Counted from the first letter of the stretch, positions 1 through 15,026 are shown. The stretch: 64,000 nucleotides of DNA from Octopus vulgaris (GCA_951406725.2 OX597832.1:22196001-22260000); one strand, 5' to 3'. Made by a program: numbers and translations. Notes: generated by a model from the letters alone, not told the origin.

Positions 1-1562
1 AGATAGATAGATAGATAGACAGACAGATAGATAGAGAATGATAGCTAGAGAGAGAGACAGACAGACAGACAAAGGAAAGTAGGAGAGAAGCTTTTTTTGC
101 AAATGCTTCTTGTACTGAGCAAGCGCTATCAGTTCTTTCTCTCTCTCTCTCTTTCTCTTTTTTTAGTTCTTTCCTTTTTCTCTTTCTCTCATTCTTTCTT
201 GCAACTGGAATGTGCATTCTTAAACAACAACCTACCTTATATGATTTGTTGTGCCGATGGCTTGCTTAAAGTTCGTTTCTTGCCTATTTTTCTTAGTCTG
301 ATTATTGGGATTAAGAGAGGGAAGCTACCTCTGATTTCTTCACTTTTTTTGTTTTCTTTCTGAATGAAGACAAAAAAAAAAAATGGTATTTCGGGCCGCA
401 GGTGATATATTTACATATAATTGTAATAGTATGCGTTTATTTAACTCTCGTACACGTTTTCCGCTATTTTAGTCAATTGCTATGTTTGAATAACTGGCTC
501 CAAGCATCAAATTAGATATGTCAGTATACCCTTAATAATAATAATAATAATCCTTTCTACCATAGGCACAAGGCCTGAAATTTTGTGAGAGGGGTTTAGT
601 CGATTGCATCAACCCTAGTTCTTGACTGATATTTATTTTACCGACCCCGAAAGGCAAAGTCGACCTAGACAGCATTTGAACTCAGAATGTCAAGAGCCGG
701 AAGCAGGGCTACTAAACATTTTTCCGGCTTGCTAACAATTTACCAGTTCGCCACTTTATCGCTTTACATAATAATCTTTTCTATTCTAGTCACAAGGCCC
801 GAAATTTTGGGGTAGGTTGCCAGTCGATTAGTTTGACTCCAGTACGCAACTGGTACTTAATTTATCGACCCCGAAAGGATAAAAGGCAAAGTCAACCTCG
901 GCGGAATTTGAACACAGAACGTCAAGAGCCAGAAGAAATGCTACTAAATATTTTTCCGGTTTGCTAAGAATTCAACCGGTTCGCCACCTTATCGCTCTTC
1001 ATAATAATGATAATCCTTTCCACAACAGACACAAAATATTCTACAATAGACGCTGAAATTTAGAGGGACGTGGGGTGGATTATATCAACTCCAGTGCCAG
1101 GTGTATGTTAACGATTCTTACCAGCTCGTCGCTTTTTCGACAGAATTTAATAATAATAATAATAATAATATAATGGTTTCTAATTTTGGCACAAAGCCAG
1201 CAGGTTTGGTGAAGGGGCTAAGTTGATCACATCGACCCCAGTGTTCAACTGGTCCTTATTTTATCGACCCGGAAAGGATAAAAGGCAATGTCAACCTCGG
1301 CGGAGTTCGAACTCAGAACATAACCCCGGACGAAATGCTGCTGTGTATTTTTACCCGGCGTGCTAACGATTCTGCCAGCTAGGCGCAATGCCTGAATTTG
1401 GGATCGGTGGAGTTAAGATAGGGGCTAGTCGATTACATAGATCCTAGTACTCAATTGGTGCTTATTTTATCGACCCCCGAAAGAATGATAGGAGAAGTCA
1501 ACTTCGATGGAATTTGAATATTGATAATAATTAATATACAATTAATAATTAATATACAATTA

Positions 1563-1762
1563 AGGCGGCGAGCTGGCAGAAACGTTAGTAAGCCGACGTT
1601 CTGAGTTCAAATTCCGCCGAGGTCGACTTTGCCTTTCATCCTTTCGGGGTCGATAAATTAAGTACCAGTTACGCACTGGAGTCGATGAAATCGACTTAAT
1701 CCGTTTGTCTGTCCTTGTTTGTTCCCTCTGTGTTTAGCCCCTCGTGGGTAGTAAAGAAATAG
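1563..1762 (+). mobile_element. tRNA-derived SINE with central gtcgactttgcctttcatcctttcggggtcgataaattaagtacc domain. Other copies: 550-1520(-), 6678-7150(-), 7505-7900, 9356-9590(-), 16270-16487(-), 22135-22285(-), 34595-34795, 56478-56690
   Basis: A box tggcagaaacgttag and B box gagttcaaattc. Recurrent central domain, which resembles a Nin/Deu-type domain from memory (unverified). Confidence 0.8.
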
Positions 1763-2908
1763 ATAATAATTCATATACGCGAACAGTGTTGATAGATAGC
1801 ACCTGTGTTAAAGTACGCGATGTCAGAAACTTTAATTCAATGACTGGGGAAGCTTCGATTAAAAAAACGAAAAAGAAAAAGAAGACTATTTGTATTTTTT
1901 ATTATATTCTGTGGTGAAATCCGCTAGACCACAACACGGCAGCGAACCATCGTGGGAACCACTGCTGGTTTCGACCGGTTAGAAATACCAGCTGAATTTC
2001 TCTTTTCTTATACACTACCAGACGGGATTTCGGAACAGCTATCACTATTTCATGGGGGAAGGAAAAAGGTACGGAAGTAAGAGAGAGGTGGGGGACAAAA
2101 AAAAATAGGAAAAAGGATTGAAATTTTGTGTGTGTGTAAGTGGGGGGGTGGTGTTTAGAATCCTAATTTTTGTTGCATGAAACAGAAATACTAAAATAAA
2201 TAAAGGGGGAAAACTCCCAATTCTTTGTCCCTTTTTGTGTATCCCTACGAGGTAATGGTAGCTCTTCTGAAACTCAGCTCACTACTTTTTTATCCTTTAC
2301 CATTTTACTTGTTTCGGCCATTAGACTGCGGTCATGCTGGGGCACCGCCTTGAAGAATTTTAGGCGAACAAATCGATCCCAGTACTTTTTTGGGGCGGGG
2401 GTAAAGAATACGTACACCACCCGTTTTCGTCTTTTTTTCTTTTTTCGCCTGGTACTTATTCTATCGACCGTTTTTGCTGAACCGTTAAGTTACAGAGATG
2501 CAAACACACCAGTGGACAAGCGGTGGAGGGGTAACAAAAATTAAGAACAGAGACACACATCATCATCGTCATCGTCATCATCATCCTTTTGCTTCCACTT
2601 TCTATGCTAGCATAAATAAAACGGTTTGACTGGAGATCTGCACCAGGTATATATCAGCCGAAACGTTGTGTTGATAACAAACAAGATGAGGACAAATATC
2701 TGTCGAATGTAAATGATGTACATAATTCCTCATAGGCACAAGAGTGGCTGCGTGGTAAGTAGCTTGCTTACCATCCACATGATTCCAGGTTCAGTCCCAC
2801 TGCGTGGAGCTTTGGGCAAGTGTCTTCTACTATAGCCACAGGGCCGACCAAAGCCTTGTGAGTGGATTTGGTAGACAGAAACTGAAAGAAGCTCGTCGTA
2901 TATACGTA

Positions 2909-3580
2909 TCATCATCATCATCGTTTAACGTCCGATTTCCATGCTAGCATGGGTTGGACGGTTCAACTGGGGTCTGGGAAGCCCGAAGACTGCACCAGGC
3001 CAGTCAGATCTGGCAGTGTTTCTACAGCTAGATGCCCTTCCTAACGCCAACCACTCCGTGAGTGTAGTGGGTGCTTTTTATGTGCCAACGACACAGGTGC
3101 CAGACGAGGCTGGCGAACGGCCACGCTCGGATGGTGTTTTTTATGTGCCACCAGCACGAAGGCCAGTCAATGCGATACTGGCTACGGCCACGTTCGGATG
3201 GTTTTCTTATGTGCCACCGGCACTGGTACCACAAAACTACAAATTCCATTGATGTTCATCGATTTTGATTTGATTCTTTGATTTTTGATTTTCGATTTTC
3301 ACTTGCCTCAACAGGTCTCCACAATTAGAGTTATGTGTTCCAAGAAGGAAGGTATGCACAGGTGGACTGACTACGTCCCAGGTAGGGGCCATGGGTTATG
3401 GCTTCACTTGTCCTGCCAGGTCTTCTCGCACACAGCATACTTCCAAAGGTCTCGGTCTCTGGTCATTTCCTCAGTGAGACCTAAAGAGCGAAGGTCGTTC
3501 TTCACCACCTCGTCCCAGGTTTTCCTGGGTCTACCTCTTCCACAGGTTCCCTCAACCGCTAGGGTGTAGCACTTTTTCAC
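2909..3580 (-). mobile_element. RTE-clade LINE 3' fragment inserted inside a CORE-type SINE
   Basis: VEGTCGRGRPRKTWDEVVKNDLRSLGL...DRDLWK, an RTE ORF C-terminus. 3' end ggacgttaaac(gat)n. Confidence 0.85.
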
Positions 3581-4822
3581 ATATATATATATGTATTTTT
3601 GTGTGTCTGTGTTTGTCCCCCCAACATCGTTTAACAACCGATGCTGGTGTGTTTACGTCCCCGTAACTTAGTGGTTCGGCAAGAAGAGACCGATAAGAAT
3701 AAGTACTAGGCTTACAAAGAATAAGTCCTGGGGGGGTCGATTTGCTCGACTAAAGGCGGTGCTCCAGCATGGCCACAATCAAATGAGTGAAACAAGTAAA
3801 AGAGTAAAAGAGAGTAAAGAGAGATATCTGTGTGTGTTGTGTATGTTTGTGTGTCTGTGTTTGTTCCCCCAACATCGCTTAACAACCGATGCTGGTGTGT
3901 TTACGTCAATCGTAACTTAGCAGTTCGGCAAAAAGAGACCGATAAGAATAAGTAACTAGGCTTACAAAAAGAATAAGTCCGGGGGAGTCGATTTGCTCGA
4001 CTAAAGGCGGTGCTCCAGCATGGCCACAGCCAAATGACTGAAACAAGTAAAAGAGCAAAAGAGTAAAAGAGTATTACTTCAACAACATTGAAAGATCAAA
4101 ATTTATAAAAGCATCGATTTTACTGTGGGTGATATACAATGACTGAAAGATTCAAACATAGCGAAAATAGATAATAAATAACAGACATTGAAATTCCAAT
4201 ACCGTTATGATTTTATTGCATATTGCTTTCAGTACGTCATCCTTTAACTTAATTACTCAAATTTTATGCGATTGGTTTCTTTGAGCCATTCCCCTTAGTT
4301 CTTGTTGTTTTTAATTATACAAATTACCCTTGGCTAAAAATAAGTGTAGCTCTTTTATACGTTTTGTATGTTTAAAAATTGTATTTACTAATCTTCGGGC
4401 TCCATTAGGCTGCGTTTTACTGATGAGGTCAAAAGGAAGCACGAAATATGTGTGCATTGTTGTCGCTTGCTTGCAAACAAAGATCAGACTGTCCTTTCTT
4501 TAAAAGCAGATCATTAAATCGAGAAATCTGTGTGTGTGTTATATGCACATGCATGTGTGTGTTGTGTGTGTGTATGTGTTTGTGTGTGTGTGTATGTGTG
4601 TGTGAATATATATTCACTTTTTATTTGTTTCAGTCATTTGACTGCAACCATGCTGAAGCACTGCCTTTTAGTCGAAAAAATCAACCCCAGGACTTATTTG
4701 TTGTAAGCCTAGTATTTATTCTATCAGTCTCTTTTGCCGAACTGCTGGGTCACAGGCATGTAGACATGCCAACATCAGTTGTCGAGTGATGGTGGTGGGA
4801 ACAAACACAGACACACAAACAT

Positions 4823-4862
<40 letters not shown>

Positions 4863-5911
4863 GATGGGCTTCTTTCAGTTTTTGTCTACCAGATCCACTC
4901 ACAAGGCTTTGGTCAGCCTAAGGTTATAGTAGAAGACACTTGCCCAAGGTGTTACACAGTGGGACTGAACCCAGAACCATGTGGTTGGTAAAGCAAGCTA
5001 CTTACCACACAGCCACTCCTATATATATATATATATATATATATACATACACACACAACAGTATGGCTGAATGGTCAACAAATTTGCTTTCCAGCCATAT
5101 GGTTTTAGGTTCAGTCCCACTGTGTGACATCTTGGACAAATATCTACTATGGCCCGGGACTGACCAAATCTTTGGGAGTAGATTTGGCAAACAGAAACTG
5201 CAAGAAGCCCATTCTGTGTATGTATATAAATGTATGTGTGTATGTATACATATATGTATGTAAATGTGTATAAATATATATATATGTATGCTTGTATATA
5301 AATATATATGTGTGTGAGTTTGTGTGAGTGTGTGTATGTATACATATAAGTGTATGTAAATGTGTATAAATATATATATGTATGCTTATATATAAATATA
5401 CATGTGCGTGAGTTAGTGTGGGTGTGTGTATGTATACATACATGTGTGTATATAAATATGTATAAATATATGTATGCATGTATATAAATATGTGTGTGTG
5501 TGTGTGTGTCTCGTCTTCATATTGTATAATAGTTGTAAAAAAAATCTCACTGTCATACAAGCAGTGTCATTCATCCATTTCCAATATCCAGTGAGGAATA
5601 TTACCTTGCTTTTGGAATCAGGTGAGGGTAAGGCATCCAGCCATAGAAGATCTGCATCCATAAGCACTGTTTGATCCATGCAAGGATAGAAAAGTGGACA
5701 TTGAAATGAAGATGACGACGATGACAATAACAATGATGACGAAAATGATGACGAGGAGGAGGATATATTCCGTGGGTGAGATCCAATAAACTACCAAAAT
5801 AACTAATAAAGAAAATATCTTATTTACATTATTTACATTTGATGGATATTTGTCCTCATCTTGTTTGTTGTTAACACTCCAGCCTTTATCAGGTATCTTG
5901 GGGAAATTTCG

Positions 5912-6668
5912 ACTGGGGTCAATATAATCGACTTAATCCATTTGTCTGTCCTTGTTTGTCCCCCTCTATGTTTAGCCCCTTGTGGGTAATAAAGAAACAG
6001 GAATTTTGTACGTCTTTACGTTTTGAGTTCAAATTCTGCCGAGGTCGACTTTGCCTTTCATCCTTTCAGGGTCGATAAATTAAATATCAGCTACGCACTG
6101 GGATCGATGTAATCAACTTAATCCGTTTGTCTGCCTTGTTTGTCCCCTCTATGTTTAGCCCCTTGTGGGTAATAAAGAAACAGGAATTTTGTACGTCTTT
6201 ACGTTTTGAGTTCAAATTCTGCCGAGGTCGACTTTGCCTTTCATCCTTTCAGGGTCGATAAATTAAATTTCAGCTACGCACTGGGATCGATGTAATCAAC
6301 TTAATCTGTTTGTCTGTCCTTGTTTGTCCCCTCTATGTTTAGCCCCTTGTGGGTAATAAAGAAACAGGTATTTCGTACGTCTTTACGTTCTGAGTTCAAA
6401 TTCCGCCGAGGTCGCCTTTGCCTTTCATCCTTTCGGGATCGATAAATTAAGTACCAGCTACACACTGGGGTCGATGTAATCGACTTAATCCATTTGTCTG
6501 TCCTTCTATTTCATCTGCTTTTATGTTCTGAGTTCAAATTCTTCCAAGGTTGACTTTGTTTTTCATCCTTTCGGGGTTGATAAATTAAGCACCAGTTGCA
6601 TACTGGGGTCAATCTAATCAACTGGCCCCCTCCCTAAAAAAATCATCTCTTGTGCCTAGAGTAGAAAA
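5912..6668 (+). repeat. Head-to-tail tandem array (~185-bp unit) of the same SINE; similar arrays at 38280-38840 (-) and 62175-62560 (-)
   Basis: Three to four near-identical units, each ending in tttagccccttgtgggtaataaagaaacagg. Confidence 0.85.
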
Positions 6669-7157
6669 AAATAATAATCCTTTCTATTATAGGCACAAGG
6701 CCTGAAATTTTGGGTCAGAAGCTAGTCAATTACATTGACCCAGTGCATGACTGGTACTTATTTTATTGACCCCGTATAGATGGATGAAATGCCGCCAAGC
6801 ATTTTGCCTAGCTTACCTTGGAACAGGGCCAGCTATGTTGACCAGATTGATCTCAGTGTTCAACTGGTACTTATTTTATCAACCGCACCCCCCCCTAAAG
6901 ATGGACCCCTTAAAGGTGGACGAAACACTGCAAAGCATTTTGCCCAGTTTGCCTTGGGACAAGCCCAGCAAGTTTGTGGGAGTGGCTAAGTTGATTAGAT
7001 TGATCCCAGTGCTCAACTGGTACTCATTTTGTTGACCCTGAGAGGATGAAAGGTAAATTAGACCTCAACGGAATTTGAACTTAGAACTTAAAAATAGTCG
7101 AAACACCACTAAGACTTTTTGTTTAGGGTTCTAATAGTTCTGCCAGTTCATTGCTCT

Positions 7158-7198
<41 letters not shown>

Positions 7199-7242
7199 TA
7201 ATAATAATAATGATAATAATAATAATGATAATAATAATAATG

Positions 7243-7276
<34 letters not shown>

Positions 7277-7304
7277 AAATAATAATAATAATAATAATAA
7301 TGAA

Positions 7305-7335
<31 letters not shown>

Positions 7336-8494
7336 GTACAACACAAAAAACAACCAAATATATGGCACACTAGGCATAACAACAACGTGAACTTCCAACC
7401 TGTTGTCTCTTGAGGTCTCCGGGTGAGACTTGGAACCAACTTGTACAAATATAAAGCAAAAGTCAAACATATAATAATAATAATAATAATAATGCTTTCA
7501 AATTTTATGGTGGTGAGCTGGCAGAAATGTTAGAACACCGGGCAAAATGCTTAGTGGTATTTCGTCTGTTTTTACATTCTGAGTTTAAATTCCGCCGAGG
7601 TCGACTTTGCCTTTCATCCTTTTGAGGTCAATAAATCAAGTACCAGTTGCATACTATGGTCGATCTAATTGACTGGCCCCTTCCCACAAAATTTCAGGCC
7701 TTGTGTCCAGAGTAGAAATGAACGAATGCTTTCAAATTTTGGCACAAGTCCAGCAATTTCGGGGGAAGATGATAAGTCAATACATTGATCCCCCAATGCA
7801 CAGCTGGTACTTATTTCATCGACCTCCAGAAGGAAGAAAAGCAAAGTCGACCTCAGTGAAATTTGAACTCAGAATGTAAAAACAGATAAAATTCCACTAA
7901 CTTAAAGATGGTGCTCCAGTATAGCCGCAGTCACATGACTGAAAAAATAAGCATTTTACCTGGCATGTTAATGATTCCACCAGGTAACTTATTGTATGGT
8001 AATTATAATAACAATTGTTATTAAGATAGTGTGCTCGTTGTCTTAATTAATTGTATATTGAGCAAAATGCTTAATGGTGTTTCTTCCTTTGTTCTCCTTT
8101 CTTTCGTGGTGCAAATATGTCTGGTCATGGGGTACTATTTACATTGCTTGAAAAACGAGTGAGGGTGGGTGACAGGTAGAGCATCCAGCCGTGAAAGAAA
8201 AAAACGAAAGATCACCCTGCACAAAAAGCCCATCTGACCCATGTCAGCACAAAAGATGTGGTCATTAAATTGATGTTGTTGTTGCTGCTGCTGCTGCTGC
8301 TGGTGATGATGATGATGATGAGGAGGAGGAGGAGGAGGAGGAGGAGGAGGATGGTTATGACAATGATGGTGATGATGATGATGATGATGATGAGGATGGT
8401 GGTGATGGTGGTGATGATGATGATGATGGTGGTGATGGTGATGGTGATGATGATGGTGGTGATGGTGATGGTGATGATGATGGTGGTGATGGTG

Positions 8495-8526
<32 letters not shown>

Positions 8527-8972
8527 GGTGATGATGATGATGATTGCATTCCATTACATTTTATCATTACCTATTCATTTATTGCATTTTTGTTTGCTTT
8601 TTATTTATTTTTTTTTTTTTTTTTTTTGTTAAAAAAAAAATTCTTCGCTTTTATAATTCTCGAAATCTAATTCGGCAAGGTCTGAAGATGATAATGGTGA
8701 TGGTGATGGTGATGGTGATGATGATGGTGGTGATGGTGATGATGATGATGATGATGGTAATGATGATAATGGTGATGGTGATGTGGATCGGGGAGATCTA
8801 AGGTTACCACCGTATGTGCTAGCTTTATTACATATCTTGTTTTGCAATTAGAACAAATTTCGGAGCAAATTTTCTCCCAATCATTTGCATTCTCCTGCTT
8901 GGAAATGCTTGCAATGTTCTCTCTAAAGCAAATCAACAGAAGTGTAGCAGGTAGGTACGTAGGTAAGTAAGT

Positions 8973-9031
<59 letters not shown>

Positions 9032-9582
9032 TAGTAGTAGTGTTGTTGGTCTTTAATAAAATCAACAAATATAATTGTTTGCAAGTTTTATTTGGATTCA
9101 TATCAAAGATATTTTGCCAAATTGTCTAACCACATTAAGTAATGCAATCAACATTCATTTTTTTCATTTCATTATATTATATTATATTGTCTTTCAAGTT
9201 ATTATTATTATTATTATTTTTTTGTTTTTAATATAAAACAAGAACAACAACAACAACAACAACAGCAATAGCAACGGCAACAATCACAACAACCACGATA
9301 ATAACAATAGTAATTATTATAATAATGATAATAATGATAATAATGGTAATGATGATCCTTTCTGTTAAAGGCACAAGGCCTGAAATTTTTTTTTTGGGGG
9401 GGGGGGCGAAGGAATAAGTCGATTACATTGATCTCAATGCATAACTGGTACTTATTTCATTGACCTCCAGAAGAATAAAAAGCAGAGTTGGCATCGGTGG
9501 AATTTGAACTCAGAATGTAAAGATGCTTGAAATTACGCTAAGCATTTTGCCCTGTGTGCTTAATGATTTTGCTTGCTCTTTA

Positions 9583-9640
<58 letters not shown>

Positions 9641-9641
<1 letters not shown>

Positions 9642-9895
9642 TCCTACGCAAGTGCTCATGGGAACTGCTCATATCCTACGCAAAATACTTTCTATGTAAT
9701 CTCAAGGTTTAAAACAAACATAATTTTCGTTTTTCTTTTTTTTTAGACATTCACTAGTACAACACCAAAAAAACCCAAATATATGGCACACTAGGCATAA
9801 CAACAATGTGAACTTCCAACCTGTTGTCTCTTGAGGTCTCTGGGTGAGACTTGGAGCCAACTTGTACAGACATAAAGCAAAAGTCAAACATAGAA
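9641..9895 (+). mobile_element. R4/Dong-like (RLE) non-LTR element 3' end in (AAT)n; a shorter copy is at 7334-7470
   Basis: Encodes VLMGTAHILRKILSM*, typical of R4/Dong C-termini. Both copies are embedded in (AAT)n. Confidence 0.72.
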
Positions 9896-10499
9896 TAATA
9901 ATAGTAATATGCCCTGATGCAGTACCAGACAGTGGCTCTCATGGCTTCTGATCTTAACTAATTGGAAGTGTTATCATGTACATTGTTTTGTCTTGGTATA
10001 AAAGATGGGTTTTACAGCAAATATTCTGCTCAATACCACAGATTTGCTTGTCAGTTGTTTGACCTTAACCAGTTGAGCATGTCCCTAAGTGGCTGACGAT
10101 ATGTGCATCTCTGATCATGAGCAGATAGATAGATAGGTAGGTAGGTCAGTCGGTCGGTCAGTCAACAGGTAGGTAGATAGATGATAGATGCTTACATACA
10201 TGCATACAAAGATACGCACATCAAAGAAAACGTACAAATCTGCATACATACATACATACACAACATACATGCATACAAAGAAAGATACCCTGCTGTTGAT
10301 GTTGAAATTCCAATGAAGGGGCCTTGGATCTAAGTTAGAAACCAGCTCTTTCTGTATTGGGAAGAGATTTTGAAATAAAACTGAATAATGACATACATGC
10401 ATACATACATACATACATACATACATACATACATACATACATACACTCATACATATACAGATAGATTAATAGATAGATAGATTGATAGATAGATGGATG

Positions 10500-10533
<34 letters not shown>

Positions 10534-10618
10534 CAGACGGATTGACAGATAGACACAGAGAGAGAGAGAGACAGAGACAGACAGGCAGACAGGCAGACAG
10601 ATAGATACATAGAGAGAC

Positions 10619-10675
<57 letters not shown>

Positions 10676-11298
10676 TATATATAGATATAGATAGATAGAT
10701 ATAGATATAGATAGATAGATAGATAGATAGATGGATGGATGGACAGATAGATATATAAATAGACAAACAGACAGACAGATAGAAAGATAGATAGATAGAT
10801 ATACTCATGTTTGGAGTTATATTTTCCTGTTTGTATTAACCACTTATATATGCATACATACACATACATTTATACAGGGATGCATCTGTATGTACAGGTG
10901 TGTGTGTGTGTATGTGTGTGTGTGTGTGTGTGTATTCACTTTGTAACACAAGAGAAGCATCTGCAAAGCTATGATAGCAAATACAGCAAAAAGAAGTACA
11001 AAAAAAAAGCAAAAAGAATTTAAACAAAGACAAACGAACAAAACAAAAAAAAAACATAAAAAAGATAGAACGGAGACACAAAATTAACAGACATGTCTAA
11101 CATCCTCCTCTTCTCCCGCACCTCCATCTTTTGTTTGATATCTGACAACTTTTATTTCCTTCCTTGATCAGGAATGGTCAAATGTGTTTTGGAGACATGT
11201 CCTGCAAATTATCTCTCGCAGATCTGCAAACACTGACAGAAAACAATCCATTTATTGTCATCATTCGCTTATTCAGTTCAGTTTCTGTTGTTTTATGT

Positions 11299-11329
<31 letters not shown>

Positions 11330-11421
11330 TATATATGTATGTATATATATATATATATATATAAACATAGGTATAAATGCATATATGCATATATCTATGC
11401 ATATATCTATATATCTATGTA

Positions 11422-11514
<93 letters not shown>

Positions 11515-11645
11515 GTCAGTAAATGGTGGAATTCTGTTAACCGCATGTGGAGAAATGATAGGAAAGGAAAAAATAATAATAATAATAATAATAATAATAA
11601 GTTTCAGTTTAGCATTCTTCTTATTATTGTTTTTGCCTTTCCTCA

Positions 11646-11706
<61 letters not shown>

Positions 11707-11708
<2 letters not shown>

Positions 11709-12000
11709 GGGTGTGGTGAATATATTGTCGTCTAAATTACGCAAAAATGTAAATAACACTGACATCTCATTTTAACAGATATATTTGCCAAAATTACATA
11801 AAAGTATCTTGAAATACTAACGAGTAAATTTATACAGTAAAATCGCTATTGGCTTCAACCACGGCCTTCAGATGACTTCGGAATCTCCTGCAACTCTTCT
11901 GGACAGTCCCCTTGTTTAAGTTGTTGAATGCTGCCATAATCCTTTCCTTCGGTTCATCTTTGGTGTTACAAAGAGTTTTGTTGGTCTCTCACTCAACTGT
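11707..12000 (-). mobile_element. Tc1/mariner-superfamily right-end relic in (TA)n
   Basis: Terminus cagggtgtgg. Minus strand encodes NKTLCNTKDEPKERIMAAFNNLNKGTVQKSCRRFRSHLKAVVEANSDF, a transposase C-terminus. Confidence 0.7.
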
Positions 12001-12209
12001 CTATGTCTTCGTATCCATGTTTGTCTCCACACCTTTGCTTGACAACCAATGTTAGTGTGTTTACGTCGCCGTAACTTAGCAGTTCAGCAAAAAGTTAGTC
12101 CTGGGGTTGATTTCCTTGACTAAAACCCTTCAAAGGTGGTGCTGCAACATGGCCGCAGTCAAATGACTGAAACAAGTAAAAGAATAAAAAAATATATGGA
12201 TTTATCATC

Positions 12210-12568
12210 ACCATCATTATCATCATCATCATCATCATTTAACGTCCATTGTCCAAGCTGGCATGGGTTGGACAGTTTGACCGGTGCTGGAGAGTTGCAC
12301 CAGGCTCCAGTCTGATTTGAGGGCTTTCGTGTGGTTCTGCATGAGCGCTTGTATGTGGCACCGGCATGAGTGCATATATATATATATCTCATCATCATCG
12401 TTTTAATGTCTACTTTCCATGTTGGCATGGGTTGGACGATTTGGCTGAAACCTGGTAAGCCAGGAACTGCACCTTGTTCCAATCTGATCTGGCAAGGTTT
12501 CTACAGCTGGATGCTCTTCCTAGTGCCAACCACCACGAGAGTGTAGTGGGTGCTTTTTTACATGCCAT

Positions 12569-12570
<2 letters not shown>
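12210..12570 (-). mobile_element. Two degenerate RTE 3' UTR fragments
   Basis: catgggttggac...ctacagctggatgc..ttccta.tgccaaccac motifs after (CAT)n. Confidence 0.7.
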
Positions 12571-12621
<51 letters not shown>

Positions 12622-14395
12622 CACACACACACATTATACCCATTTTTATACTCTTACTGTTATCATTATTATTATTATTGTTATTGTATTTTTTACTATT
12701 GCTTTGTTTTTTCTTTTCTCTATTTTTCTTTCCATTTTTGTCCCAAATCCTTCCTTCTTTCTTTCCTTCCTTCTTTCTTTCCTTCCTCCATTCTTTCCTT
12801 CCTTCTTTTCCTCCTTCGTATTTCCTTCCTTCTTTTCTTCATTCATTCATTCTTTCCTACCTTCTTTTTATGCCTTCGTTTTCCCTTCCTTTCTTTTTCC
12901 TTTCCTTATTTTTTCCTTCTTTTTAAATTCTTTCTTCCTCCCAGTCATTCATTCAATCCTTTTTATCATTTCCTTATTCTTCCTTTATTCCACTCTGTCC
13001 TTCATTCACTGACTAGTTTCACCCTTTATTTTTTTCATTCTTTCATTCTCTCATTCCTTCATTCTTTTTTCCCTTCATCTCTTCCAAACATTCATTCATT
13101 ATTCTTTCATTCTCCCTACCTCATAATCTATCTCACTTTCTCTCTCTTTCACTCTTTCTTTAACCTCTTTCTTTTCCATTCACTCTCATTCATCCTTTCA
13201 TACATCCCTTCAAACACATTTCTAGCTTTTGCACTGTTCCATTAACTCTCTTTGACTTGTTTTCCTTATTAGGAGATATTCTTTCATATCTCTATGGATG
13301 CGCAATCATTATCAAGGACTTTGTCAACCACTTTTTTTCCTCTTCTAGAACAGTCTTCCCATATCTTCCGTCATTTAAATTCCCAAGTTTGAATCTATCA
13401 GAACAGAGATGGTTGCTGTTAGCATTCATTATATCTTCTGTTCTTTGCTAAACTCAGGTCAACCTAGGTCAAACATAACTAATGATCAAAGCCTTCCAAG
13501 AAATCAATTCAGCATTTTTCTCCAAACATTGATTACCCAGGACCACATTATCCAATGTGTTTTTTAACCTAAAACTGTTACTTTAATACGAGGCCCAGAT
13601 AAAATGCCAAGTCTAATTTGTGGGAGATTTGCCTGCTATTTCTAGCAGCTTGTGTGGTCACGTCCAGTGTTTTCTGGTCGTTGTTACTGCTTCCTCCAAA
13701 GTCATCTCTGATTCAGCAAACATTTGAACAAAGGATGAAAGACAAAGTCGACCATGGCGGAATTTGAACTCAGAACACGAAGACGGATGAAATACTTCTA
13801 AGCACTTTTCCCGGTGTGCTAACAGTTCTGCCAGCTCACTGGCTTGCTATACTCTCTTTACTTACTCGTTTCAGTCATTTGACTGCGGCCATGCTGGAGC
13901 ACCGCCTTTAGTGGAGCAAATCGACCCCGGGACTTATTCTTTGTAAGCCCAGTACTTATTCTATCGGTCTCTTTTGCCGAACCACTAAGTGACGGGGACG
14001 TAAACACACCAGCATCGGCTGTCAAGCAATGCTAGGGAGACAAACACAGACACACAAACACACACACATACATATATATATATACATATATACGACAGGC
14101 TTCTTTCAGTTTCCGTCTACCAAATCCACTCACAAAGCATTGGTCGGCCCGAGGCTATAAAAGAAGACACTTGCCCAAGGTGCCATGCAGTGGGACTGAA
14201 CCCGGAAACATGTGGTTGGTAAGCAAGCTACTTACCACACAGCCACTCATGTGCCTATGGGTAGAAATATTAACAGACTGGACAGTGAATTGAAGAGAGT
14301 GGGATGAGAGACTGTGGTTGAGTAAAGACGAAGATAAAATTTAGAGGCAAATACAACCAAATTTAAGCTGTCAATTTACACACACACACATACAC

Positions 14396-14437
<42 letters not shown>

Positions 14438-14972
14438 CATGTACAAAATTTAAATTTAAATTATTTAAAAAAAAATATAAATCTTTGGACTTTTTACAAA
14501 TATGCTAGACCACTGGTTTTAATTGATTAATATCAATTTCTACCCTTATTTAATTTTATATAGCCTGTATATATGTATGTATATGTATATGTATGTATAT
14601 ATTTATGTATGTACATATTCATGCATTCTGTAGTTTGCCATCCAGTTGATAGATTAACATAGGTAAAAATAGACATGTGTGTATGTAGAGAAATATATAT
14701 GCAAATATATGTGTGAGTGTGTGGTGTGTGTGTATACGTATACATATATGTATGTATGTATGTATATATACACACACATGCATACACATATATATGTGTA
14801 CATATATATAAATGCATACACATATACTTGTACATATATATATACATACATGTTCATGTACATATGTATGTACATGTGGTTGTATATTTATGTATGTGTC
14901 TATACGTTTATATGTATATGTATATATAGATATGACTGGATGCTTCTCTATGTATGTTTATACATACATGAG

Positions 14973-15026
<54 letters not shown>

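Noticed and set aside
4420-4460. ctgatga...gaaa hammerhead-like spacing
   Set aside because: Stem II (ggtc/gcac), stem III and stem I do not pair convincingly.
5912-6668. Regularly spaced repeats resembling a CRISPR array
   Set aside because: The units are near-identical SINE multimers without unique spacers, the context is eukaryotic, and there are no cas genes.
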